Of a DNA stretch of 64,000 nucleotides, positions 54,537-63,186 are shown one piece after another; position 1 is the first letter of the stretch; every line of letters begins with the position of its first letter. Below the pieces are notes generated by a model. That model saw nothing but the letters and a program-made list of their open reading frames with translations. It had not been told where the DNA came from and searched no databases. The stretch lies in the IMG/VR virus record IMGVR_UViG_3300042090_002597, positions 32,001-96,000 of that record. One strand, given 5' to 3'. A program made the translations under genes and the position numbers. Source of the DNA: a virus.

Positions 54537-55396
54537 GAATTTTGGTTCGGCGCTCCGGCGCTCTTGGCGATGTCGTTTTGACCACACCGGTTATCCGCCG
54601 GCTCCGACGGGAAAATCCGGACGCCGAAATCGGTGTGCAGACCGCTTTCACTGGCATATTCAACAATTCACCGCATCGGCTTTTGGTAACCAACCAGAAC
54701 CCGATGCCGTATCCGTGGTCGCCGGAGGGCGGTCTTGATCGTTTGATTGATCTTGATCTGGCCTACGAAAAACGCCCGACCATGCACATTGTGCAGGCGT
54801 ATATGCAGGAAGCCTTTGGTGACACGGGGGCGCCGGAGGACCTGCATCAGGAAATGTTCTTCAAGCCTGTCGAACCCTGGGGCGGCTCCAAGCGGGTGGT
54901 GGCGGTGCACGCCGCGAAAGCTGGCTGGCGCAACCGGACACTGCCGGAGGCCACCTGGTTGAAGGTGGTGAAGTTGCTGCAGGACGAGGGCTGTTTCCCG
55001 ATTCTGGTGGGTTCGATGAAAGACGCGCTGCCGGCAGCGAAATGCGCTTCGTTTCACAGCGGCGACATCATGCAGCAAGCCGCGATGATCGCCCGGTGCC
55101 GTTGCTTCATCGGCTCCGACTCGGGGTTGCTGCATGTGGCGGGAGCGACTCAGACCCCGATCGTCGGTGTGTTTACCTCAGTGATGCCAGCCTATCGCCT
55201 TCCGTGGCGGCACGGTACGCAGGGCTGGAACTGTGCCTCGGTAATGCCAAACCTGGACTGTGTTGGGTGCGTCGCCCGCCAGCCAATCCCGACCAATGTC
55301 GAGACCTGCGAGCGCGGTGACATTGCTTGCACCGGAATGGTGAGCGCGGAAACGATCGTTGACATGGCGGTGCATCTGATTGAGGAAGTCGGGTGA
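54533..55396 (+). CDS. Glycosyltransferase family 9-like
   Basis: RSGALGDVVLTTPVIRRL, FIGSDSGLLHVAGA. Confidence 0.88.
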   Translation: MRILVRRSGALGDVVLTTPVIRRLRRENPDAEIGVQTAFTGIFNNSPHRLLVTNQNPMPYPWSPEGGLDRLIDLDLAYEKRPTMHIVQAYMQEAFGDTGAPEDLHQEMFFKPVEPWGGSKRVVAVHAAKAGWRNRTLPEATWLKVVKLLQDEGCFPILVGSMKDALPAAKCASFHSGDIMQQAAMIARCRCFIGSDSGLLHVAGATQTPIVGVFTSVMPAYRLPWRHGTQGWNCASVMPNLDCVGCVARQPIPTNVETCERGDIACTGMVSAETIVDMAVHLIEEVG

Positions 55397-55611
55397 TGCC
55401 ATTAGAGATCGTAAAAGTTCAGGTGCCTCTTTCCGGCGGTGTGTCGCACTGTCTTGTCTATGACAAAGCGCGGAAGCATGTGAACCAGCAACCGTTGTTG
55501 CGCGATGTGAAGAAAGCCTTGAACGGTGACGTGAAGGGCTATTTCAAGGCGGCGTGGTCAAGCGTCGTCGGCTGGGGTATCAGCGAACGTGTGCCGGATC
55601 AGGATTGGTGA
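55396..55611 (+). CDS. Hypothetical protein
   Basis: Overlapping operon. Confidence 0.65.
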   Translation: MPLEIVKVQVPLSGGVSHCLVYDKARKHVNQQPLLRDVKKALNGDVKGYFKAAWSSVVGWGISERVPDQDW

Positions 55612-56142
55612 TATGGCGACTTTCCCACCGAGCTGATCCGCGCGCCCGGGACATCGCCGACAGGCACTACAACCGGCAGAAAATAGGCACACCGCAATTC
55701 GTGCCGCCAGGCCGGTGCATCGTGCTGTACGCCGACACACACGGGTAAAGCACTCTGGGTGACGTCCTGGCCGTTCGCCGAATACGTCAAGCATGCGTGG
55801 GGCGGTGCCTGGATATGTTCGGCTTTTCGTAACGAGAATTGTGGGATTGCAAGTAATCTGATCTACGACGCGGTGGCGGCGACTCGCTTTTTCATGGGTG
55901 AACCGCCTGCGCTCGGAATGGTCACTTTCATAGACCGCCGCAAGGTGAAGCCGACTATGCGCCGTGGCGTCAAAACATGGGGCTACACTTACACTATGGC
56001 CGGGTTCGAACCGTGTGGTGAAACCAAAGCCGGGCTGCTCGCGTTCCGATTGGCTCCCGAGCAGACGCCGCCTGCAAGAATGCCACTCATTGAATTTGAA
56101 AACGCGGAACTGGCCGCTCGGACGATCGCACGGCACCGATAA
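55608..56142 (+). pseudogene. Frameshifted gene, possibly Mom/GNAT-like DNA-modification protein
   Basis: ADRHYNRQKIGTPQFVPPGRCIVL | (AC)4 frameshift | GKALWVTSWPF..CSAFRNE..TFID..GYTYTMAGF. Confidence 0.6.
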
Positions 56143-56146
56143 AAGA

Positions 56147-56176
56147 AAACGCTCCGAAGGGGCTTTCGGAGCGTTT
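56147..56176. terminator. Hairpin terminator between convergent units
   Basis: AAACGCTCCGAAG-GGGC-TTTCGGAGCGTTT preceded by A tract. Confidence 0.75.
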
Positions 56177-56204
56177 CCTGTCTGGTCCCGTCTGAAGTTG
56201 TTGA

Positions 56205-56267
56205 CTACTTCTTTTTCCCACCCTTGGGGGCAGGCTTCGGAGCGGGTTTCGGTGCAGGTTTCGCCAT
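56205..56267 (-). CDS. 20-aa Lys/Pro micro-protein MAKPAPKPAPKPAPKGGKKK
   Basis: GAAGGA RBS, upstream TTGACT box, synonymous variation among repeat codons, downstream terminator. Confidence 0.65.
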   Translation of the reverse strand: MAKPAPKPAPKPAPKGGKKK

Positions 56268-56337
56268 CCGTGAAATCCTTCTCTTGTTCAGTTCCCGTCG
56301 AACTGCAAATATACTGCTACACGTAACAACAGCTAAG

Positions 56338-57075
56338 TCAAGCAGTTTCTTTCGGGCAACACAGCCAGTCGTCGCCGACTTCCTGCTTCACATAGTATCC
56401 ATGCGTTTCCAGCGCACGAATGAGCGTACCGGGGTCGTTGTCGATCCACTCCATGAACAGTACCGGCTTGCACCGGGCCAAAGTCTGGCGAGCGCCTTCC
56501 AGCAGTGGTATCTCCATGCGCTGTACATCAATTTTGAACACATCCAGCCGCGGCATATTGTAGCTATCCAGCGTCCGCAGGGTGATTTGCTCAACCCGGT
56601 CCGGATCGTGTCCGCGTTGCTGGTCCAGCGGCTCGATCTGCTCCGGGCCGAATTCGATGCTGCCGAAATTGCAGCGGGCACCATAATCGTACTGGGGGAG
56701 TTCGACGAAACCGCACTTGTCACCAAGAGCCACATTGTGCACCCGCACATTCTGTCGCTGAGTGAGAGCCATGCTGCCGGCCAGCATGTTGCAGATGACC
56801 GGCTGCGGCTCGAAACAGTGCACCCAGCCGGTGGGATCGACATGCTTGACCAGCGGCACTGCGAAGGCACCGATATTGGCGCCCGCATCCACATAGACTT
56901 TTCCTGGCGCGACCTGGTCGAGCAGTTCGGCCAACATGAGCATCCGTCCGTGGTGCACTCCCTTGCGCTCCGCTACCAGCGCACCGGTCTGGTTGATGTC
57001 GAAAGCCGGAACAATCATCCGGCCGTATTCCGTTTCGATAAGTCCAGCAATATCGGTCAACGCTCGACACTCCAT
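56338..57075 (-). CDS. FkbM-family methyltransferase
   Basis: VDAGANIG, FEPQP, KIDVQRME. Confidence 0.9.
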   Translation of the reverse strand: MECRALTDIAGLIETEYGRMIVPAFDINQTGALVAERKGVHHGRMLMLAELLDQVAPGKVYVDAGANIGAFAVPLVKHVDPTGWVHCFEPQPVICNMLAGSMALTQRQNVRVHNVALGDKCGFVELPQYDYGARCNFGSIEFGPEQIEPLDQQRGHDPDRVEQITLRTLDSYNMPRLDVFKIDVQRMEIPLLEGARQTLARCKPVLFMEWIDNDPGTLIRALETHGYYVKQEVGDDWLCCPKETA

Positions 57076-57686
57076 GAAGGGGGTTGGATACGCTCCAGCA
57101 CAAGCGAAATTTCCAGCTCTCCGATCGGATGCTGATCCGAGGAAAGTCCATAATCGTACCCAGTATCCTCATCCGCCAGGTGCTTCACACGATAGCTGTT
57201 CGGCAGAAGTGATGATTCCACCAGTGCCAGCAGCGAGGCGGGGGTAAAAGAACAAAGGTGTTCGGGCGACCATTTGGACGGCGGCACAGTCAACCGGCGC
57301 TCATAGAGATAAGCGTGAGGAACAAAGATAATCATTGTCCCGCCGATCCGCAGCACCCGGTGCCATTCCCGTAAATATGCAGGACGGTCATTCAGATGTT
57401 CAAGCACATGACTTGAGTGCACGCAATCGACTTTGCCGTCCTCGAAAGGAAGATGCAGCCCGTCGTAGCCGGGCGAGTGCTGTTCGATCCCGTAGGCCCC
57501 ATCGACGATCGGCAGCGCGTCCGCGAGACCGCCGCGGAACCCGACGTCAACCACTGTCGGCCCCGCCAGATACTTGTCCCAGAAGCCGTTTATACAGCGC
57601 CTTGCGTACGATTTCCGGCTTTCGTACCCCACCGGCCTGTTCAGATCCATGAAGAAAAACCCTCTGTCTACGGTCACCGTAAACAT
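57057..57686 (-). CDS. Class I SAM-dependent methyltransferase
   Basis: VDVGFRG, LPFEDG, SSHVLEHL, RVLRIGG. Confidence 0.88.
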   Translation of the reverse strand: MFTVTVDRGFFFMDLNRPVGYESRKSYARRCINGFWDKYLAGPTVVDVGFRGGLADALPIVDGAYGIEQHSPGYDGLHLPFEDGKVDCVHSSHVLEHLNDRPAYLREWHRVLRIGGTMIIFVPHAYLYERRLTVPPSKWSPEHLCSFTPASLLALVESSLLPNSYRVKHLADEDTGYDYGLSSDQHPIGELEISLVLERIQPPSWSVER

Positions 57687-57724
57687 ACCGTTGACAGGAG
57701 CATTACGCTAGTCCATATAATACG

Positions 57725-57781
57725 AACGACGTTTCCTCCCTAGACTGAGGGAGGGTTCTCGGACCCTCCCTCACTTTTTTC
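57725..57781 (+). ncRNA. alpha-r8/SuhB/MmgR-like sRNA candidate
   Basis: TTGACA promoter at 57691, TTTCCTCCCT decamer at 57732-57741, GAGGGAGGGT/ACCCTCCCTC hairpin plus T6. Confidence 0.65.
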
Positions 57782-57793
57782 TCAAAGGTGCTC

Positions 57794-58084
57794 ATGTCGT
57801 CTTATCAGACCGTTGTGTCTAAGCTGGTTCAGGAAGGCAGCGATCTGTCGTTCCGCCAGGTCTTCGTGCTTGACCAGGTGTTCGACAAGGGCGAGCAGAC
57901 CATCAAGGCGCTGCACGAAAGCGGCGGCGAGAAATTCAACAAGCCCGGCGTCACCCGGGCGGTGGACCGGCTGGTCGAGCTTGGTTTCGCCGTGCGCAAG
58001 GATGACCCGAAGGACCGACGCTCGGTGCTGATTTCGCTGACCAAAAACGGCAAAAAGTTTGTCGAGGCGATTCGGAAAATCTAG
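57794..58084 (+). CDS. MarR-type winged-helix regulator
   Basis: KPGVTRAVDRLVELGFAVRKDDPKDRRSVLISLT. Confidence 0.88.
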   Translation: MSSYQTVVSKLVQEGSDLSFRQVFVLDQVFDKGEQTIKALHESGGEKFNKPGVTRAVDRLVELGFAVRKDDPKDRRSVLISLTKNGKKFVEAIRKI

Positions 58085-58725
58085 CCGGTCATGTAGCTCA
58101 CGACAGTGCCGTTGTCGGTCCGGGATATCGCCCACACCGGACCATCCGGCACGAAAGTGGTGTTCCCCGGCGGCCATGTTCCGAACGGACCAAGCACCGC
58201 CGTCGGTGCCGCTCCGGATGCCGGCTGAACAGCGTCCCCCACGCGCAGGCTGACCGTATCGCTCTGGGACATGTTTTGCAGTGACAGCACATTGTAGGCG
58301 CCGCTGCCGACCACTTGGGTGTAGTACTCCGATACCACACCCACCGCGCCGGTGACAGTCGGTCCGGAAGCATTGCGCGATACGAATGCACCTGGACCGG
58401 CCGCGAATTGCGAGCCGATCACCAGCGAGATATTCCCCGGCGGCACTACCACCAGTTGTCCGTTGACCGGTGTGAAAGGTTGCTGGAGCGTCCCCGGTGC
58501 CACCACTGCATTGCCGGAGGCGTCGGTGACCCCAAAACAGGTCAGCGTGCCCCACGCGCCCGAGACCGGTCCGAAGACACAGTTCTGGCTGCTGATCTGA
58601 ATGCCGCCGGTGACGGCGCTGAACGTGATCGGCTGCCCGGCATAATTCGTGCCCGACGGCGGAGTGACCACCGTCGTGCCGGATATCGCCGTGCCGAGTT
58701 GCAGATAGCCGGTTGTGGCGGACAC
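58081..58725 (-). CDS. Putative virion structural protein
   Basis: NYAGQPITF..WGTLTCFGVTDA; start codon uncertain. Confidence 0.6.
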   Translation of the reverse strand: MSATTGYLQLGTAISGTTVVTPPSGTNYAGQPITFSAVTGGIQISSQNCVFGPVSGAWGTLTCFGVTDASGNAVVAPGTLQQPFTPVNGQLVVVPPGNISLVIGSQFAAGPGAFVSRNASGPTVTGAVGVVSEYYTQVVGSGAYNVLSLQNMSQSDTVSLRVGDAVQPASGAAPTAVLGPFGTWPPGNTTFVPDGPVWAISRTDNGTVVSYMTG

Positions 58726-58742
58726 TGAGCGTCCTTACGGAG

Positions 58743-59216
58743 TTACGGCGAGTGCCCGAACTGATTGCCGCCGAACCAGGAATAGAGCACCGTGGTGCCG
58801 GTGGCCTGCAGATAGGCAACGCCGGACACGGCGGAGCCGCTGCCGGTCAAGCTGCCGGAGACGTTCGGCGGATAGACGCTGAGCCCGCTGACGCCGAAAT
58901 TGCCGATGGCGATCTGATCAGGCCAGGGCGGCGGCGGCAGCGTGCAGCCGGTGCCGGATGCCACGGTGGTGAAATACGCACTTTGTGTGGTGATCGGAAA
59001 CGCGTTGGCGATGGTGGTGCCGCTGGCGGTCAAACCGGAGGCATACGAGCCGCCGGCAACAATGCCTGTGACACCGTTCTGGAACCCGTAGGTCGCCACA
59101 GCCTGGGCAAAATTGATGTTCTGCCCGACGTTGGGACCACCGGTGTTGCCGAGATTCATGAAGAACTCGCCCGGGTTCAGCAGACCGAGCGGATTGGACG
59201 GTGACGGACCCGGCAT
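58743..59216 (-). CDS. Putative virion structural protein
   Basis: AAGGAG RBS; GLTASGTT..TTVASGTGCTLP. Confidence 0.65.
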   Translation of the reverse strand: MPGPSPSNPLGLLNPGEFFMNLGNTGGPNVGQNINFAQAVATYGFQNGVTGIVAGGSYASGLTASGTTIANAFPITTQSAYFTTVASGTGCTLPPPPWPDQIAIGNFGVSGLSVYPPNVSGSLTGSGSAVSGVAYLQATGTTVLYSWFGGNQFGHSP

Positions 59217-59290
59217 GATGGCAAGCTCCTTTTGCTCCGCCGATGCTATCCGCCGTAGCCCGGCCGCCCGATGCCGCTTAGTCTTTCGAC

Positions 59291-61063
59291 ATGACAATTC
59301 CGGCTTGGTTCTGGCCTCCCTCCGGAGCGGGCGACCGTCCGGCCGCCCGTGCCATCGCGCTTGCATCTTTTGGTGCGGGCATGGCGGTGGCGGACTGGGT
59401 ATCGCCGGTAATCTGGCCGTTCTCCGGAGGTGCGTTTCAGTCCGGAATCACTCTGCCCGGCCTGTCATATGGCTTCGCCGGAGCGGTATCCGACGGCGCA
59501 AGCGGGTTGTGGGCAGTCACCTGGGACAGCAATTTCAGGCGCATAACTTCCGGCGGTGTTGTTTCGTACACTGCCGGCATCGTCTCGCCTTATACCGTCT
59601 CCGTGGGCGCTGCCTGGTGCAGCGGCAGCGGATTTGCGCTGGCGGCATCCGGCACCGTCTATATCTCCGGCGCCACATCCCTGGCCTCGTTTCCGCTTCC
59701 CGGCCGCCCCCTGGTGTCCAGCGGCACCACGCTCGCGACGATCATGGGCGCATCCGGTGTAGGTCTTATGAACGCCAATACCGGTGCCACCGGTTTCATC
59801 GCCTTCCCGGCGGCTCTGACGTCCCCTACCTGCATTGCGGTGGCTTCCGGCACGCCACTGGTCCTGGCCGGCTGGAGCAATGCGCCGTTGCTGTCCGGCA
59901 TGGTCGCCGCGGCTATGGATCCGCAGGACTCGACAAGAATGCTCGCGGTCGGATCGGGACATGTGATCGAGTGGTTATCCCCGTCCGGATATTCCGACAC
60001 ATGGTCGCAGCTGCAATTGGTCACCGGTACCGCCTCGCTCACCGCGATGGCGTGGCGTCCGGACGGCACCCAGGCCCTGGCATGCAGCCCGGCCTCCGGA
60101 GCCGTACAGGTCTTCACGTACACGGTCGGTACGATATCGCTGGCACAGACTTTATCGTCCATTTCCGGCGCCTGCTCGGTGGCGGTCGCCGGTACGTCCG
60201 TGAATGCGCTAGTGGCGCAGTCCGGCCAGTCCCAGGTCACTCCGCTGACGTACGCCGGCAGCACATGGTCGACCGGGGCGGCCGTGGGCGGTCTGGCGGG
60301 TATCGTGGCGGTGGCGGCGTACGGTTCCTCCGGCGCGGTGGCAGCCACTTCATCTGGCCTGCAATACCTCAATCTGGTCGGCGGGACGTGGGCTACCGGC
60401 ACCACGGTATCGCTGGGGTTCACGCCTTCCGTGCTGACCGTGGACAATTATGGCCAGGTCTACGCGGCTGCCAGCGGGGCGGTGGCGATGGCTTCCGGAG
60501 GTACATTGCTGGCCAGCGGCACATGGTCCGGTGGCGCTCCGTCCGCTATCGCGGTGCAGCAAGGGCAGATCGCCCTGGCAATACCGACCGACGGGCTGAT
60601 CCGCATGTTCGGGCTTTCGTCTTCCGGTGCGCTTACCCAGCAATCGACGACCAGCATATCCAGCAACAGCACCGGCCTGGGACTGTCGAACACCACGCTT
60701 TTCGTGATGCAGTCGAGCGGCACCGCGCTCTACGGTTTCTCGGGCGCGCCCTACTATCTGACCCCCGTGAAATCCGGGGCGGTGTCATTCTGGAACGGAT
60801 CCGCCTGGACCACGGCCTCCCAAATGGGAGTGGGCCATGTTCCCTCCGCGATCGGTCTGGACGCTTCCGGCGGCGTGTGGGCAGCCACTTTGCAGAATAC
60901 GCTCTGGCACGTCTCGTCCGGCGGTGCCACGCTTTCCTCCGGTGCCCTGACCACCTACAGTGGCCAGACACAGAGCGTGCCGCTCTGCCCGTCGGCAATT
61001 CTCGTGTCCGGAGGCACTTATGTTGCGACATCGATCCCCGGCGTGCTGATTCAGGCTGCATGA
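59291..61063 (+). CDS. Beta-propeller-like structural protein
   Basis: Repeated blade-like motifs (MAWRPDG, GLDASGGVW). Confidence 0.65.
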   Translation: MTIPAWFWPPSGAGDRPAARAIALASFGAGMAVADWVSPVIWPFSGGAFQSGITLPGLSYGFAGAVSDGASGLWAVTWDSNFRRITSGGVVSYTAGIVSPYTVSVGAAWCSGSGFALAASGTVYISGATSLASFPLPGRPLVSSGTTLATIMGASGVGLMNANTGATGFIAFPAALTSPTCIAVASGTPLVLAGWSNAPLLSGMVAAAMDPQDSTRMLAVGSGHVIEWLSPSGYSDTWSQLQLVTGTASLTAMAWRPDGTQALACSPASGAVQVFTYTVGTISLAQTLSSISGACSVAVAGTSVNALVAQSGQSQVTPLTYAGSTWSTGAAVGGLAGIVAVAAYGSSGAVAATSSGLQYLNLVGGTWATGTTVSLGFTPSVLTVDNYGQVYAAASGAVAMASGGTLLASGTWSGGAPSAIAVQQGQIALAIPTDGLIRMFGLSSSGALTQQSTTSISSNSTGLGLSNTTLFVMQSSGTALYGFSGAPYYLTPVKSGAVSFWNGSAWTTASQMGVGHVPSAIGLDASGGVWAATLQNTLWHVSSGGATLSSGALTTYSGQTQSVPLCPSAILVSGGTYVATSIPGVLIQAA

Positions 61064-61064
61064 T

Positions 61065-61727
61065 ATGAGCGGGCAGCAATACCGGACGCAACCTGTCGGA
61101 CTCGGCATTCTGCCGGCTCTGTATCAACTATCCATACGAGTGCCCGGCCAGTTCTTTTCAGAGCTGTCGACATATACCTTTCCGCTGACGCCGAGCCAGT
61201 TGCGCGCGGACCGATCGGCGCTTTCAACTTTCTCCGACACCCAAGGCCCGGCGTCCAGTCAGGGCGTCACACGCGTAGTGGACTCATATGGCCTGTCGCC
61301 ACCGGTCTTCACCATCGAAGGGACCACCGGCTATGACCGGCATCAATCGGATGGGTATGTCCTGACCGGGCTGCAATCCATGCTGCTGTTGCAGCAATTT
61401 CTGGCGCAGTACGCCACGCTGAACCAGAACCAGCGGGCCGCTGGAAATCCGCAACTCTATACTCTGGAATTTTATGATTATTACGGAAATCAATTCTGGC
61501 AGGTCGAACCGGTCGGACCACAGACGATACGACAGGCGAACGATCGCCCGACACTTATCTACTACCGTTTTCGCTGGGCTGCCGTGAAACCTGCCGGCGT
61601 GCCAATTCTCGGGGAAGTAGACGCACTCGCCAATCTGTTGGCGACCCCGGCTCAGCAGGCTGTGGTGAACGCCGCGCTGACCCTCGGTGCCCTCGTGACT
61701 GCATACAGCCCGACTGGACCACTTTGA
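61065..61727 (+). CDS. Putative baseplate/tail-tube-initiator-like protein
   Basis: YTFPLTP..VFTIEGTTG; baseplate context. Confidence 0.55.
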   Translation: MSGQQYRTQPVGLGILPALYQLSIRVPGQFFSELSTYTFPLTPSQLRADRSALSTFSDTQGPASSQGVTRVVDSYGLSPPVFTIEGTTGYDRHQSDGYVLTGLQSMLLLQQFLAQYATLNQNQRAAGNPQLYTLEFYDYYGNQFWQVEPVGPQTIRQANDRPTLIYYRFRWAAVKPAGVPILGEVDALANLLATPAQQAVVNAALTLGALVTAYSPTGPL

Positions 61728-63178
61728 TGAGCGGCGTCAGCGGAAGTTACAATTTCCCATATGTGTCGTATCCCGGATCTGTCTTCGCGACCTGCTACCA
61801 AGCAGCCGCGTGGCTGAACAATGTGCTGGCCAGCGGTTCTACGCCCGCGCGCAGTGTGGTGGCTCCCGCACTGGCTGTGTTCAACACGCTCCAGAACGGC
61901 GCCGACGCGGTCGCGGCGTGGCAGGCTGCCAATGCGATGGCGCTGGAAGTGCAGAACATGGCCGCGATCCAGGCGCTGCCGCTGACGCTCAGTTCCGGAA
62001 CGCTCGCCTATTTCAACGCCCGCAGCAGCGCCATCTCGGCGGCGGCGAGCGGGCTACTAAAAATAGCACCGACGGCAAACCCTTTCACGGCCTCGCCGCT
62101 GCTCGCCGCCGGTCAGCCGGCCATCGCGTATCCGGGTTTTCTCGAATGGTGCATGGCTTTCAATGCGGAGGCGCCGCCCGCGGGTCTGGCGGCGTCCAAT
62201 CTCGTCACCTACGCTTCCGGCGAGGCGACCGCCTGGAACACCATAGCCATGGCCATCCAGGTGGTCCAAGGAACTGCCTTGACGCCAGCGTACGACACCG
62301 CAGCGCGACAGTACCGGATATCTTCCAGCGTCTCCGGCATGCTCGCCGCTGTCACGGGTGCGACCGGACCATTCACTCAAACCGCGGTAACAGGCATATG
62401 GAACGGCACCGTGGCGATGCCGTCTCTGCTGCTCGACGCCGCCACTCTGGTGTCTGCACCTTCACAATTGCAGAACCAGCAAGGTGCCGCAATACGGTTC
62501 ACCTTGCGCCAGCTTTCGATCGAAATAGCCCAATTGCTTCTGTCGCTCCGGTCAGTGCAAACCAACCAAGTGCTCACTGCCGAGCTTCGGCGGAGCGAGA
62601 CCTTGATGGACCTTGCCGCACGGGCCGGCGGCGGTTTTGAGAACTGGTCGACCATCGCCGCGCTGAACAATATCCAGCCGCCTTGGCCTGGGCCGACCAA
62701 TCAATCCGTGGCGGCGTCCGGCACTCCATTGCTGATGCCGGGAAGCTCTCTCCCCGCGTCCGGTGTGCCGTATCCGACCTACGAGGCGAATGTGTTGGGT
62801 ATTGATTACGATTTCGGTCCGATCAACGGCACGCAGCCCGCGTGGATCGGGGATTTTCCGCTGATCGTCGGATACTCCAATTTCGCCCGGGCGCTCGGGC
62901 GGCGTATCCAGACACCGCTCGGTGCGTTGATCTATCATACCGGGTACGGCAGCAGAATTCCCGGCGAAGTGGGTGCGATCCAGAGCAGCGACGAAGCCGC
63001 CCGGCTATCAGCGTTCGGAAACGCGGCGCTGGCGGCAGATCCTCGCACTGCGTATGTGGTATCCTCCAGCGCTTCGGTGCAGTCGGGCTTCCTCGGTACC
63101 TTTAGCGGCACTGTGATGCCTGTGGGCCCCGGAGCCACGGCTACTTCCGTTAACGAAACAATCAATCCTCTGCCGTAG
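61724..63178 (+). CDS. Baseplate protein with LysM-like and gp25-like parts
   Basis: ETLMDLAAR..WSTIAALNNI; RRIQTPLG..YGS..ALAADPR. Confidence 0.65.
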   Translation: MMSGVSGSYNFPYVSYPGSVFATCYQAAAWLNNVLASGSTPARSVVAPALAVFNTLQNGADAVAAWQAANAMALEVQNMAAIQALPLTLSSGTLAYFNARSSAISAAASGLLKIAPTANPFTASPLLAAGQPAIAYPGFLEWCMAFNAEAPPAGLAASNLVTYASGEATAWNTIAMAIQVVQGTALTPAYDTAARQYRISSSVSGMLAAVTGATGPFTQTAVTGIWNGTVAMPSLLLDAATLVSAPSQLQNQQGAAIRFTLRQLSIEIAQLLLSLRSVQTNQVLTAELRRSETLMDLAARAGGGFENWSTIAALNNIQPPWPGPTNQSVAASGTPLLMPGSSLPASGVPYPTYEANVLGIDYDFGPINGTQPAWIGDFPLIVGYSNFARALGRRIQTPLGALIYHTGYGSRIPGEVGAIQSSDEAARLSAFGNAALAADPRTAYVVSSSASVQSGFLGTFSGTVMPVGPGATATSVNETINPLP

Positions 63179-63186
63179 GATATCGC

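Noticed and set aside
59113-61068. 651-aa ORF and similar long Arg-rich shadow ORFs (e.g. 4121..5248, 56224..57135)
   Set aside because: Alternative-frame or antisense artefacts of GC-rich coding DNA, with no motifs
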